From Phyllosticta citribraziliensis (Eukaryota): 64,000 nucleotides of DNA. The notes under the pieces are model-generated. The model was not told where the DNA came from and ran no database searches. It saw only the letters and a list, made by a program, of their open reading frames with translations. Position numbers and translations under genes: made by a program. The DNA lies in contig NW_027117340.1 of NCBI RefSeq assembly GCF_038025025.1, positions 310,001 to 374,000 of the forward strand, read 5' to 3'. Below, piece by piece: positions 13,573-25,313 of this stretch. The stretch's first letter is position 1, and each line of letters begins with the position of its first letter.

Positions 13573-14538
13573 ATGATGATCGCCATGAGTCCTTTCGCAT
13601 TCTGGATATGCATCCTGTTCCTTTTGGCCACCGATGGTCTCGCTACCAATCCAAGCTTGTCGCAAATATATTCAGAACGGATCGCGACCTCAGAGAGTCC
13701 GAAAACACAGTCAAAACATCCAAACCACCATCTGCCGACCCCCGACCCGATCAGCAGCGAGGAAAACGACGCCGCAGCTCTCGACAAAAAGAAGAAGAAG
13801 AGACCTGAAAAAGTAACCGTCAAATTCTGCAACCACGAAAACTTCCACCAAGGCCACGGCATCTGCATGAACCACGACACACTCGAGGGCAAATGCAAGA
13901 CGTACAGCTGGCCGGCGCCCTTCACGGCCATGTCGTTCCGCGGCGACCTGAAATGCATGCTGTACGTGCGCCCGCGTTGCAACGCGCTCGGCCGCATGGT
14001 GCTCCTCGAGGAGCCCACCATCAACATCGGCGCCGCCATCAACGACAAGGTGTGGAGCTTCCGCTGCATCAAGCGCTTCGCGCCCGATGCCCCCCGCGCC
14101 GCCGCTTACATGTGCACGCGCCCCGACTTCCGCGGCCGCTGCCAGAACGAACTGCCTTTCGTGGGCGAATGTCGCGATTTGCAGCCCGCCTGGCGCGACC
14201 ATCTGCAGTCGTTCGCTCCAGAGAAGGGCTTTCGCTGCGCGCTGTTCCAGCATCCTCGCTGCAATGTCGAGACTGCTGGCCTCTTCGTCACGCTCGAGGC
14301 GCCCGGCGTCGTCGACTTGGGAAACCTCAACAACAAGGTCTCGAGCTACAAGTGCGTCGAGCATTCGCAGCCTGAAAAGGTGGCGCGCCGCTTGCGTGCG
14401 AGAACAGCCGCTGGTGGTGGCGCGGACGCGTCTGTTTGGGATCAACTCGCCACGACGGCGGGGGGTGCGGCGACGAGTACGCCGCCTGGGTTTGTGTATC
14501 GGGATGATATGGATCCAGAATTCAAAGCCGACGTGTGA
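13573..14538 (+). CDS. Secreted cysteine-rich protein with two tandem beta/gamma-crystallin-like domains (candidate effector)
   Basis: Single ORF with signal peptide (SPFAFWICILFLLATDGLA). Two ~85-aa repeats with 6 Cys each, ending INDKVWSFRC and LNNKVSSYKC, a crystallin-type N-D/N-K-x-S-S-x-x-C ending. Confidence 0.75.
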   Translation: MMIAMSPFAFWICILFLLATDGLATNPSLSQIYSERIATSESPKTQSKHPNHHLPTPDPISSEENDAAALDKKKKKRPEKVTVKFCNHENFHQGHGICMNHDTLEGKCKTYSWPAPFTAMSFRGDLKCMLYVRPRCNALGRMVLLEEPTINIGAAINDKVWSFRCIKRFAPDAPRAAAYMCTRPDFRGRCQNELPFVGECRDLQPAWRDHLQSFAPEKGFRCALFQHPRCNVETAGLFVTLEAPGVVDLGNLNNKVSSYKCVEHSQPEKVARRLRARTAAGGGADASVWDQLATTAGGAATSTPPGFVYRDDMDPEFKADV

Positions 14539-14737
14539 TGTAAATCTGCGCAGAGAAGTTTGTGTGGTTTATTCTAGTGGAGACAGGGGTTTCTGGGATA
14601 CTCAACGGCGCTATAACCGCACTGGAGAACACTTTTAGGGGAATCGGCATACAACATCTCTTCACACGGGCAAGGGGGGTAGTTACTGAGTACCTTTGCC
14701 GAGAGCTTAATTCAATGCCGACTCCCTCTGTCACCAA

Positions 14738-14769
14738 GAGACATAGTCACCGAGAGACATAGTCACCGA
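14738..14769. repeat. 16-bp perfect tandem duplication (GAGACATAGTCACCGA x2)
   Basis: Read directly in the intergenic region between two convergent secreted-protein genes. Confidence 0.9.
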
Positions 14770-15224
14770 AGCTCAATGAGATGGCCATTTGCATTCTCAC
14801 ATTAAAACTTAGACATAAAGGATAGTCAGTCCACCTGCAGCCCTCGTTGTGCAAGTCCATCCGGCTACGTATCGGAGCGAGCGTAGGAGAAGGATGGAAG
14901 AGATCCGGCACATTAAGTTGCCTGAAGACAAGATACTCGAGACCCCTGAGCAGAGCAGCTTGGCATGTAATTTGGATTTTCGCGTATACGTGTCGTAATC
15001 TGCTCTTCCTCTCTGCTCAAAACGAGTGAAAAAGAACGTTGCCGAGCCGCGACACAAGAGTGGCAAAGTCGCGATGAGAGCACAGGCAGAGTAGGTGTCG
15101 AAAGAAATGATGACTTGTGGGACTGCGACAGCACACCAAGAGCATTCGTTCACTGGCACAGCTGCGCCTTAGGGGCCTTCTTCGCTGCCGCAGCTGCGCT
15201 GAGTGGTTTTCCACGGTGCACGCT

Positions 15225-16443
15225 TTACACCTCGTCGCTGACGAGATAGTCCTTCCAGTCGTCGTCTTTGCAGTAGAACGGCTTCTCCGACCCCAAAAGC
15301 TCCTTGTCGTCGAAATAGTCGATGCTGTAGTCGATGTCGATGCATTTGCCACCGCCGTCGGGGCCGACAAACGGGCAGTTGAGCTGTGCAAAAGTTAGCA
15401 GCGGACTCATAGGGGGTCAAAGATGGCCAATGGGCAGAAGATCAAGGATTTCCGAGGGAGGAGCGGAAGATGTGGATCAAAACACTCACGTCCGGGGAGG
15501 CAGCGGTTGGAATCAGCTGAATCACGCGGCACACAACGTTGTTGCCCCAGACCTCGTCAAAGTCGCCAAACGGAATGCTTGACAGACGGGTAACGCAGTC
15601 TTCGACAGAGTCGTACTGCTGGTTGGCTCCGGTGCAGCGCTGCTGGATCTGCGGGCACAGCTGCTGGACAATGGTGCCTCTCTGGACGGTCTTGTCGTTG
15701 TAGTCGATGCCTGAGCTGATGGAGGTCCAGAGGGCGAGGCTGGGGATCCATGCTTCGAATCTGACGACCAAGCCTTCTTCGTTGAACCGCCAGAAGGCGA
15801 CCTGTTGATTTTTTTCACTCAGTTTATGATCCGGGCCGTCAAGAAAGAGATGATGGGAGGCAGGGGCGGAGCGATGGATCAGAAGGGGGTCTGGGATCCG
15901 GTGCTTACTTGTTTCAGGGTGGTGTCCTGTGGGCCAGGCGTATGGACCGCTGTCTCTGGGTCAACGTAACCAGTGCGCAAGTACACAACCGATGCGGCGA
16001 TTTCAGGGCAGCCGGTGACGAAGGAGACAATCTCGGCCTCATAAATTCCTGTACGCGCGGGTAGAGCGGGGGGCAGTGGTGCAAGAGAGACAAAGTGCTG
16101 AACCGACTCAGCGAAAGAGGTGTATCTGCCAACAGGTGTCACTCGGCCCTTGGAATCGGGGGCGAAAAGGCCAGGGGGTACGCGGCTGACCCCCTCGGTG
16201 GCTATTGGAACATTATTGGGGTAGACCTATGGCTTGTGTAAGTGCATTGTAGTTCCGAATTGCCTCTGTGTGAGAGGGGCTTACCGTGAGGTCGTAAATT
16301 GCCTGTACTGTCTTCAGATTACGATCGTAGTAGTCTTCTTTGATGGACTTTTTCCATGAAGACGAAGAAGACGACTTGGTAGTGGCCCTTGCATGCACAA
16401 GGCCAACCAAATATACGGCGAGGAAGATGAGTTTGAGGAACAT
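15225..16443 (-). CDS. Secreted fungal protein of an uncharacterized family (YPNN...C...GPxGGGKC type), 4 exons
   Basis: Signal peptide MFLKLIFLAVYLVGLVHA. Introns 16227-16284, 15802-15908, 15384-15489. Motifs YDRNLKTVQAIYDLTVYPNN, GRVTPVG, LKQVAFWRF, QRCTGANQQY, WGNNVVCR, CPFVGPDGGGKC. Confidence 0.85.
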
Positions 16444-18354
16444 TTTGGATTTGCTTCAGTAGATTTTCGCAAACTGAACTACCGCGACTTTGGACACCAC
16501 TAGCGCGCTTCCTTCTTAAAGAGTTCCAACGGAAGCCCGACCAAGCCGTGCACAGGACCGGCGCAAGAAGGATGTCGAGATAAGGCTCAAGCGAGTCATC
16601 AAGACGACTGGGCTTCTCAGGCAGTGATTCGTCTTTGCAGCCTTGTGCTCGTGAGGGGACAAATTCCATTGGTTCGGTATCCACAAAGGGTTGACTATGC
16701 AAACCCGGGCACAACCGGTTGGCCTTGATGATGCACAAAAGCTAGCTGGTGGTTGGTAACTCTTGGCGAATAGAACAGGAAATCTTCGCCTTTTAAAGTT
16801 TCGCAATTTCGTTGCTTGAATAGAGTGAGAAGAATTCTAGAAGAAGATGCACCAGAAATGTGGTGGACTTTTTGACTGGTAATTAGTCCGTTGTGCAGCC
16901 GTGGATACCTACATGTTTTGTTCCAACGATATCCAAAGACATCCAGCGGTTCTCATGAGCTGTGGTTTCTGAAACGAGGGCAGAGCCCATCAAATGCATG
17001 ACATCAGTGTATTCTTGCCGCTATTCCCGGTCCATGCCTTTATAAGCGGGATAGACACGGATATGTATACTGTTGACGACATGCAGCTACCGGATGGACT
17101 CGGTGCATGCCAGGACACATGGTCGGCTCATACGGGGTCGGCTCGTTCGGATGTGGCGCCACTCCGCAGCCGTTGACTATCATCACCTGTTCCCGGATTG
17201 TCCATAATCCTGGGATATCCGTGGCTTGAGGATACAATTGAATGCTTGGCCATTACTACGTCGCCGCCATTGCCGGGTATCTTTTGTAGAACCGCTTTGC
17301 CGGCACGAGAGTTTTGTGGCAGCAGCCGTCAGTATTCCCATACATTTTTGAAAAGATTCCAGTTGTGAGTGAGCGAATACGAATTAAAGGAAATTGGCGG
17401 CCCGTGTCGTGAGTTTTGTGATTAGGAACGCAAAGAAGGCTGCGGGGATTTCACTTTTAAGGTAAAGAAACGGTGGCAGGGCCGATGCTTGGATGTCAAA
17501 GCATATAGGCGCACGTTGACTTTTTTATGGGCCATGTCGGGACATGGGAAACTCCGATTTCGATGGGCGAAAGTGCTGGAGTCCACTCTTAATAGAACCC
17601 AAAGTAATGGTGGCAGCCCAAAGTATGGAAAAGAGAAGAGAGCATGTTGGAGAGTCTCCACGTCAGACTTGCTTCCATTGATAGAGGCAAACATCCAATG
17701 GCGTAGCTGTGCCGTACACATTGAAAGCGTTGGCAGCCACGACCGTCGGCCAGAGTGTCGTGGTACGAGCATGAAGATGAGCGGCGAAGGTGGCAGATTG
17801 GGCTCTGAACTGCGAGCAAGGCCCCCCGAGTCATGGTGGATGGGCTTTGATGGTTGCTGGCACGGGGGTGCGGACGCAAGAGTGGTGAAGCGAAGAAAAC
17901 CGGATTCGAGAGGCGACGGGGCTGGTTGGTGATGGAGGAGGTGATGGTGATGGAGTTGTAGCAGGGTCGACAGGGATGTGTATGACGACGTTGGCAGCTG
18001 TCCCGGCTGGACGGCTGGCGGCTCTGCCACACCACGCTCCGAACCACACCACACGGACGCCCAGCCAGCGCCTCCAGGCCAGACCGACAACCGCGCACTC
18101 GACTCGACTTCTCCTCTGCTGCTCCAACCCATTCTCCATCGCTACTTCACTCGGCCTCCGCTCTGTCTCTTTCCTTCCTCCCTCCGCCGCGCCCCCTTCA
18201 GCGTCGCCGCCCCTCCCGCTAATCCGGCCCGCTCCTCGCCTTAATCTCACTCTTGCCGACCTCCCTAATTCGGCCATAATCCAAACACCCCTCGTGCGCT
18301 CCACTCCTTTCCAGGCCACTCTTGAGTTATCCGTCTCGGTCGCACTCGGGCGCC

Positions 18355-21300
18355 ATGGTCTTCCTGGGCGTCTACCGCGCCGTATACGACTACAACCCCC
18401 AGGGTGAGAACGAGCTCGAGATCAAGGATGGCGACCTGCTATTCATACTCGAAAAGAGCACCGAGGATGATTGGTGGAGGGCAAAGAAGAAGGCTGTCAA
18501 TGAGGATGAGGAAGAACCTGAGGGCTTGATACCCAACAACTACGTGGAAGAGGTGAGAGCGCATGAGCCCCCGGGCCAACGGACGACTGAGGGGCACGTT
18601 GTGCACCTTCGTCTTTCCCGGCCATTGCCTATACTGACCAATTGTCACCTCAGGCCACCCCCATTTCAAAGGCCAAGGCCCTGTATGATTATACCAGACA
18701 GACGGACGAGGAGCTATCATTTACAGAGGACGCTACCCTCGACGTATACGACACGTCGGACCCGGATTGGACCCTCGTTGGTTTGAAAGGAGAGTATGGA
18801 TTCGCCCCGGCCAACTATATAGAACTCACCCAGGGCGCTGAGGCGTCGGCCCCGGCCATGCCTGCGCGTCCCCAGGTCCCAGAAACGCTTCATGAACCTG
18901 AACCCGAGCCATCTCCGCCAATGCCAGCAGCTGCTAGAGCAGCGACCGAAAGCCCTGCCGCGGCACTCGCTGGTCTAATCCAGCAGAAGACAGGCTCCCA
19001 ATCCGCCGCGCCGCAAAGGACCGTCGTCTCCCCTCCCCCGGCCATACAACTCCCGCGGCGGCAGACGGCGCAACTTACGCCTGATGAGTCTGACGAGGAA
19101 CCCCCGGCACCAAGGCTACCGACAAGGCCAATCTCGCAAATATCCTCGCAGCCGTCGCCGGTTCCTACACCTACAATCAGGACCCAGTATGCAGATTCAC
19201 CGCGTTCCCCCGCGTCACCGCCTGGTGTACAGCCTTCTCCGCCCTATAACCGTGCATCCATGCACGCCGGCGACTGGGACGACGACGTAGTAAAAAAGGA
19301 ACACCACCTTCCACAGGGATACCATTTGTACAACATCCATGAAATGATTTCCCACATGGGCAAGAGCAAGAAGATGCCGATGACACTCGGAATCAACATT
19401 CCCAAGGGCTTGATCATGATTGCACCTGAGAAGTCGAAAGACGGGCCACAGCGCGAATGGACTGCTGACAAATTATCACACTACTCAATTGAAGGCAAAC
19501 ACGTGTTCATGGACCTCGTGCGGCCCAGCAAGAGCGTCGACTTTCACGCCGGAGCCAAGGATACAGCTCAAGAGATTGTGTCTATGCTGGGTGAGATGGC
19601 GGGAGCCGCTCGAGGGGCTGGACTGACTGAAGTCTTTGCGGCCGCGCGGGGCGCAGCTGGCAAGAAGAAGGGCAAGATGCTGTACGAGTTCATGGCCCAG
19701 GGCGATGACGAAGTCACCGTTGCCGAAGGCGACGACGTCATCATCCTGGACGATGTCAAGAGCGACGAGTGGTGGATGGTGCGCCGGCTCAAGAATGGAA
19801 AGGAAGGTGTGGTGCCCAGCAGCTATGTTGAAGTGACAGGAATAGTCGAGTCAACTCCAGACCCCGCCCTTCTCCAGGCCCGTTCGACCGTCGAGCAGAA
19901 CAGAATGGAAGAAGAACGCCTCGCCAAAGAAGCCTTGAAGAAGGAGAAGGCGCGGGCGACAGAGGTAGGGACCGACATAGATTTTCCTACACGTTCAAGC
20001 AGTCTTGCACGAGTGGGTAATGACTTGGCCAAATCACAGAGAAGCAAACGCGAGAGCAAGGCCCCTTCGTCATCAAAGTCAAGTGAGTATACCCCGAACC
20101 GGACACGATCAGTGTCGCAGTACCGATACCAACGGTATAAACGTGCAGAGCCCGATCCCTCCAAGACTCGAACATGGACCGACCGAACCGGTTCATTCAA
20201 AGTCGAGGCGGAATTTATCGGCCTGAAAGACGGCAAGATTCATCTCCACAAACTCAACGGTGTCAAGATTGCGGTGCCAGTGCCCAAGATGTCGATTGAT
20301 GATTTGGAGTATGTTGAAAGAGCGACGGGAGTTTCTTTGGACGACGACAAGCCACTTTCCGAAGTCAAGAGAAGGAATACCGAGAGGAGAGGCCAACGCA
20401 CCACCTCGGGCTCAGGACCTCGCGCCGGAATCAGCGTGGAACAGGCCAAACCGACGTACGACTGGTTCCAATTCTTCCTCGACTGCGGCGTCCACCCCCA
20501 GATATGCGAACGATATGCCCAGTCCTTTACCAAGGACCAAATGGGAGAGGAGAATCTTCCGGACATTAGCGAAAAGGTGCTCCGGACGCTTGGACTCAAG
20601 GAGGGCGACATTCTTCGCGTCATGAAGTTCCTTGATAGCAAATTTGGCCGGACTGGTGAGAATTCAAAGCGGAGCGTCAGCTTTGGCGATACTTCCGTCA
20701 TCGAAGACGGTGAAGGTGCTAATGGCGGTCTATTCGCTGGTCCAGGAGGTGCTCTGAAGAACAACACCCGCAAAGGTCGCCCTGCCCCCGCCGTCCAGAC
20801 CAACGACGTTGTCGATGCCGACGCCCTCAAGAAAAAGGCCGGGGACGTTGAAGGAGCCAAGGCCACGCCACTGGCCAGTGCAAAGACTGGAGACAGTGCC
20901 TCAGTCGGCGGATTCGATGACAATGCTTGGGAAGTCAAGCCATCCAAGCAGCCCGAGCCCAAGTCGACACCGGAAACCCAGCCTTCCACGCAAGCTACGG
21001 CGCCCGCCACGACCGCCGCGCCTGCTCCGCCTACTGGTGCCATGGCCGAACTCTCTCTGCTCACCCCTGCTCTGCAGCCTACTCCAGCACTGCAACCCCA
21101 GGCTCAGCCTCCGGCCACAACTGCACCCCCTGCTCCCGCGCAAATCGCCCAACCTACGGGTGCAACTCCAGGCCTGTTTGAGCAACTGGCAAGTCAGCCC
21201 GGCCAGCAAAATGCTCCTCCTCGGGCCAGACCCCAAGCACCACAGCAGACCGGTCAAGCTGGCTCTCTCATCGCCCCTCCCCCACAACGCTCGTCTTCGG

Positions 21301-22120
21301 CGCCGCAGAATGCATCTCAGTTCGCTCCGCCGCCGCTCCAGCCGCAAATGACTGGCATGGTGGCGCCCCCTGGAACCAGCATGCAAGAAATCAACCAACA
21401 ACGCCAGATGCAACTGCAAATGCAGCAGCAGTACCCGCAAATGCAGCCCCAGCCGACGGGCTTCATGCAGCCGCAGGCAACCGGGTTCCCCAACCAGTTC
21501 CAGCAGCAACCGCAATTCGGCGGCTCGCCGCTCCAAGCCCAGCCGACGGGCTTCATGCAAGCGCAGCCGACGGGCTTCGGCCCCCAGGGCCCGCACATGG
21601 GCAACCAGTTCGGAAGCCCGTTTGCCGACTCCATGGCAGCGCGGCCGCCCTCTTTCATGCCGCCGCAGCCCACGGGCGGCTTCCAGCCGCAGTCGGCGTT
21701 CGGCCAGCAGGCGCTGCACGCGCAGCAAACCGGCCAGCCGCTGCAGCCGCAGCAGACGGGCATCAACGCGTTCCTCCCGCCGGCGCTGCAGCCGCAGCCC
21801 ACGGGCGCCCTGAACGGCTTTGGTCCGCAACACAACAACGCCTTTTCGCCGCCCCCCGTGCCCCCAATCCCGAACCACCACGCTGCGGGCGCTGCGGCGC
21901 CGCTCGTCCCGCAGAAGACGGGCCCGCCGCCGCCTGTCCGCTTTGGCGTGCAGCCCGGCGCCAAGAAGCTTGCGGCGCAGCCGACGGGCAGGCGGGCGGA
22001 GCTCAGCAAGGCTAGTGAGTGCTTCTCTTCTCTTTCTTCTCCCCTTTTTGTGTCGTTGTGATTTTGGGTTGGATCGTTTGGCTAATGAGAACAGCGCCGG
22101 ACAACCCTTTTGGCTTCTAG
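18355..22120 (+). CDS. SLA1: Actin cytoskeleton/endocytic adaptor Sla1 (3 SH3, SHD1, SAM-like SHD2, QxTG repeats)
   Basis: Starts MVFLGVYRAVYDY (SH3). SHD1 RTWTDRTGSFKVEAEFIG; SHD2 YDWFQFFLDCG; LQPQPTG repeats; C-terminal ATPDNPFGF. Introns 18553-18653, 20083-20148, 22015-22094. Confidence 0.96.
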
Positions 22121-22329
22121 ACTCGAACTCGAACCGGAGCAGCATCAGACTTTGCATATAGCGCCCGTGGTGATGGTTAGGTAGTTGAGCTGGGTGGAGA
22201 AAGGAGAGGACAAGAGGGCAGGCAGTGGGGCCGCGAGGTGGTCAAGAACAGGGGAGTGTGGATGGATCGAGGGAGTGTGGGAGAGTCGGGGAGTCGTCTA
22301 TTACTCGTTCGTGTCCATTGTTGATAGCC

Positions 22330-22361
22330 TGTCGTCGTCGTCGTCGTCGCTGTTGTTGTTA

Positions 22362-22394
<33 letters not shown>
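22330..22394. repeat. Interrupted (GTC)n/(GTT)n microsatellite
   Basis: gtcgtcgtc... tract in the SLA1 3' region. Confidence 0.9.
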
Positions 22395-22395
<1 letters not shown>

Positions 22396-22654
22396 TGAAG
22401 CGTGCACATGTGTGGTCAGTCCCGTCCAGTCCAATCCATTAATCTTTCTTGCTCTCTCCTCGGCCGGCCGCTACGTTCATCTCATCTCTCCTCTTTTACT
22501 CGTTTGCCGCTATTGGACATGCATGCCGACAGAAGAAAAGAGTGGGAAGCGAAGTAAAGGACAAAACGAGATGCAAACGAGCAAGAGGAGAAATAGGAAA
22601 AGGGCGGTCGTCTGTCAGCGCGTCGTCTGCAAAGAGGGTGCCGCGGTCGTTGGC

Positions 22655-22735
22655 AGCAGAGCAGAGCAGAGCAGAGCTGAGCAGAGCAGAGCCGAGCAGA
22701 GCTGAGCAGTGCAGAGCTGAGCAGGGCAGAGCAGA
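22655..22735. repeat. Imperfect pentanucleotide (GCAGA)n microsatellite
   Basis: gcagagcagagcaga...gctga...gccga variants. Confidence 0.9.
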
Positions 22736-23147
22736 AGCGACGGCGTCTCTGGCGTTTCTAGTTTGTCCTTTCCTCGCCTTGCTTTGCTTCATCTACCCAT
22801 TTTTGTGCCATTCCATTCTAGCTCTCCAGTCTGCCTGGTGCACATTTACATTTGCATTTACGCTTTGCACACACACACATATATATATACGCATTGGTTG
22901 TATTTAAGTTGCTTTCAGGTTGTTTGTACCACTCTTCTGAAAGTACCTCTCGACTACCACCGTGTCGTTGAAGAAGGGGGGGTTTGGACAAGTGCACATT
23001 GAGGAAAAGGACGGCGTACAAGTCGTCCAATACAAAGGTTGAGTTTATTTACAAGAATAAGCGGGTATATATACAAAGCGGCACCAACCACCTTCACCTT
23101 CTCACATCAATCCTTCCCTCTCCCCCTACCTACCACCACCCCTTCAT

Positions 23148-24426
23148 CTAAAACGCCATCGTCCTCCCAATCTCGCTCTCCCAGTCGCGCGCGCGCTCAA
23201 ACCCGTTCGCGTACCCCCGGAAGTCCATCATGGCCTGATACACCTCCTCGCGCGACGAGACGACAAAGGGGCCGTACTGGACGATGGGCTGGTCGAGCGG
23301 GAGGCCGGCGACGAGGATGAAGCGCGCGGGCTCGGCGGCGTCGGGCGGGACGGACGCGACGACGCCGTCGCCGTCTTGCCCGAAGACGACGTTGTGGTAC
23401 TGCGGGACGAGCTGCGTCTGGCCGCCGTCGGAGGCGGGGCCGTCGGCAAAGGCCGCGGCGCCAGATAGCATGTAGGCGAAGGCGTTGAAGCCGGAGGGCA
23501 GGTTCTGCGTCATCGACGCGCCGGGCTGCATCGTCACGTCGAGCAGCCAGACGGGGGTGTAGGCGAGCTCGGCGACGCTCTCGACGTCGCGGCGCCGCCC
23601 GCTGATGACCTTGACTTCGACGCCTGCCTGCTCGTCGCGCCAGACGGGGATCTCCGAGGCGCGCAGGTCGCGGTAGCGCGGCTCGCAGTTCTTGAGGCGC
23701 CGCGGCAGGTCGACCCACAGCTGCATGCCGACGTTGGCGGAGCCGTCCGGGTTGGCGGCCGGCATCTCGGCGTGCATGATGCCCCGGCCGGCCGTCATGA
23801 ATTGCAGGTCGCCCTTGGAGATGCGGCCTTTGTTGCCGGCGAAGTCTTCGTGGTCGACGGCGCCTTGGAGGAGGTACGTTATCGTTTCTTGGCCGCGGTG
23901 CGGGTGGTCGGGGAAGCCGGCGCCGGGGGAGATGGTGAAGTGGTCTACATTCTCGCATGTCAGTATGCCAGTGCAAAGGTTTTTGGTGTTGTGGTTTCTA
24001 CGCACCGAGCATCAAAAACGGGCTAAAGTTTCTCAACTTGGCCGTGCCGACGCTGCGCCTGACGCGCGCGCCAGCGCCTTCAGCTTGTTCAATGGCGAGG
24101 AACTTTTGCTGTATGCGGCGCGGAACGACGTCTTGTTCGGGCTTGTCCAGCGCCGGGTCGTTTGGAGGGATGACGGGGAGGCCCTCGAAGGGCGTCGCGT
24201 TGCTGTTGCCGTTGGTTGCCATGGCGCGAGAAGAAGCGGTGCCGGAGAGGTTGAACCACGAAGAGACAGGACGCGCAAGCGACCTGGGGAGGCAGCGGGT
24301 GAGGAAGATGTTGGCGGCGGATATGGTTGCGGTGGTAGTGGAGGAGAGCAAGGCGCGGAGGTCAACAAAGGCGAGGACGGCAGCGAGGAGGCACACGGCG
24401 AGGCTGGTGGTGAGGATGAAGCGCAT
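23148..24426 (-). CDS. Pirin (bicupin, quercetinase-like), 2 exons; alternative in-frame start at 24223
   Basis: EGAGARVRRSVG...FSPFLML-DHF...GFPDHPHRGQETITY...HEDFAG...QFMTAGRGIMHAEMP...QLWVDLP...QYGPFV. Intron 23945-24005. Confidence 0.95.
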
Positions 24427-25313
24427 ATAGGATGGAGACGGTTTTGACTTGACTCGGAGCGTAGGAAGAATTTATATATCAGAGGGAGGCCACTGCTCAG
24501 CTCAGGGCGGGTGTGAGTGGTGGAGAAGGCAATGGAAATAGCCACCGTGCAGCCAGACGACGACGGTCATGTTGGCGGCCAAGTGTGTAATAAAGCGGGC
24601 GTGATTGATCAGCAGCGAATGAGGAAGAAAAGGGACAGGCCAGAGGGAAAACGGCGCCCCTTTGGCGCGCTCGTGGTGCTCGGCGGCCGAGTGGAACGGC
24701 GCGAGGTCGACGTGACGTTTTTGGTGGGCGTGGGGTAAGGAATTGGACATGTCGTCGATGACAAAAGATTGGAAATCCGATGGCCCAAGTGGCTTTGCAC
24801 CCGTCAGCCAATCACCGCCCGCCAGCCACTCCGACTGCAAATCCGCAACGACCCCGGCCCAGACACTCGAACGCTTCCTAATTGCTGACGAGAAGGCCAT
24901 CCACGGCCGACAAGACATTAGTTGCAGCAGCCCGTAACCTTCCCATGACACATCTCCGCAACCACTCAGTCCGTGACCGACGGCAGCTTGTGAAATTTGG
25001 CAGTCTAGCATTAAAACGACCTAGCTGGCTCACTATCGCCACGCCCGCGGCTTCAAGGCGACCATTTTCCTCTGCCAAATCAATCCAAATCGGCATCAAA
25101 ACGACACTTGGACAAGTAAAAGAGAGAGAAACAAAAAGAAAAAGAAAAAGAGAAAGTGTACTCTTCTCGTAGCCTCGCAGCGCTTGTACCCTTCTTTCCT
25201 ACTTGCACAAATTCACTCAACTCCATATTGGCCCAATGGTTGAATGATGTACCCAACAACGACGAAACTCCCGCCGCGCCTTTTTCTCGCTCCCCATCAC
25301 CCACCACCACCAA

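Noticed and set aside
16444..18354. ORFs of 140-236 aa upstream of SLA1
   Set aside because: Low-complexity promoter/5' UTR sequence without coding signatures.
20901..22157. 418-aa antisense ORF over SLA1, and similar ones at 31476-33035, 25600-26598 and 34398-35357
   Set aside because: Antisense mirror frames of GC-biased conserved genes, with no domain signatures.
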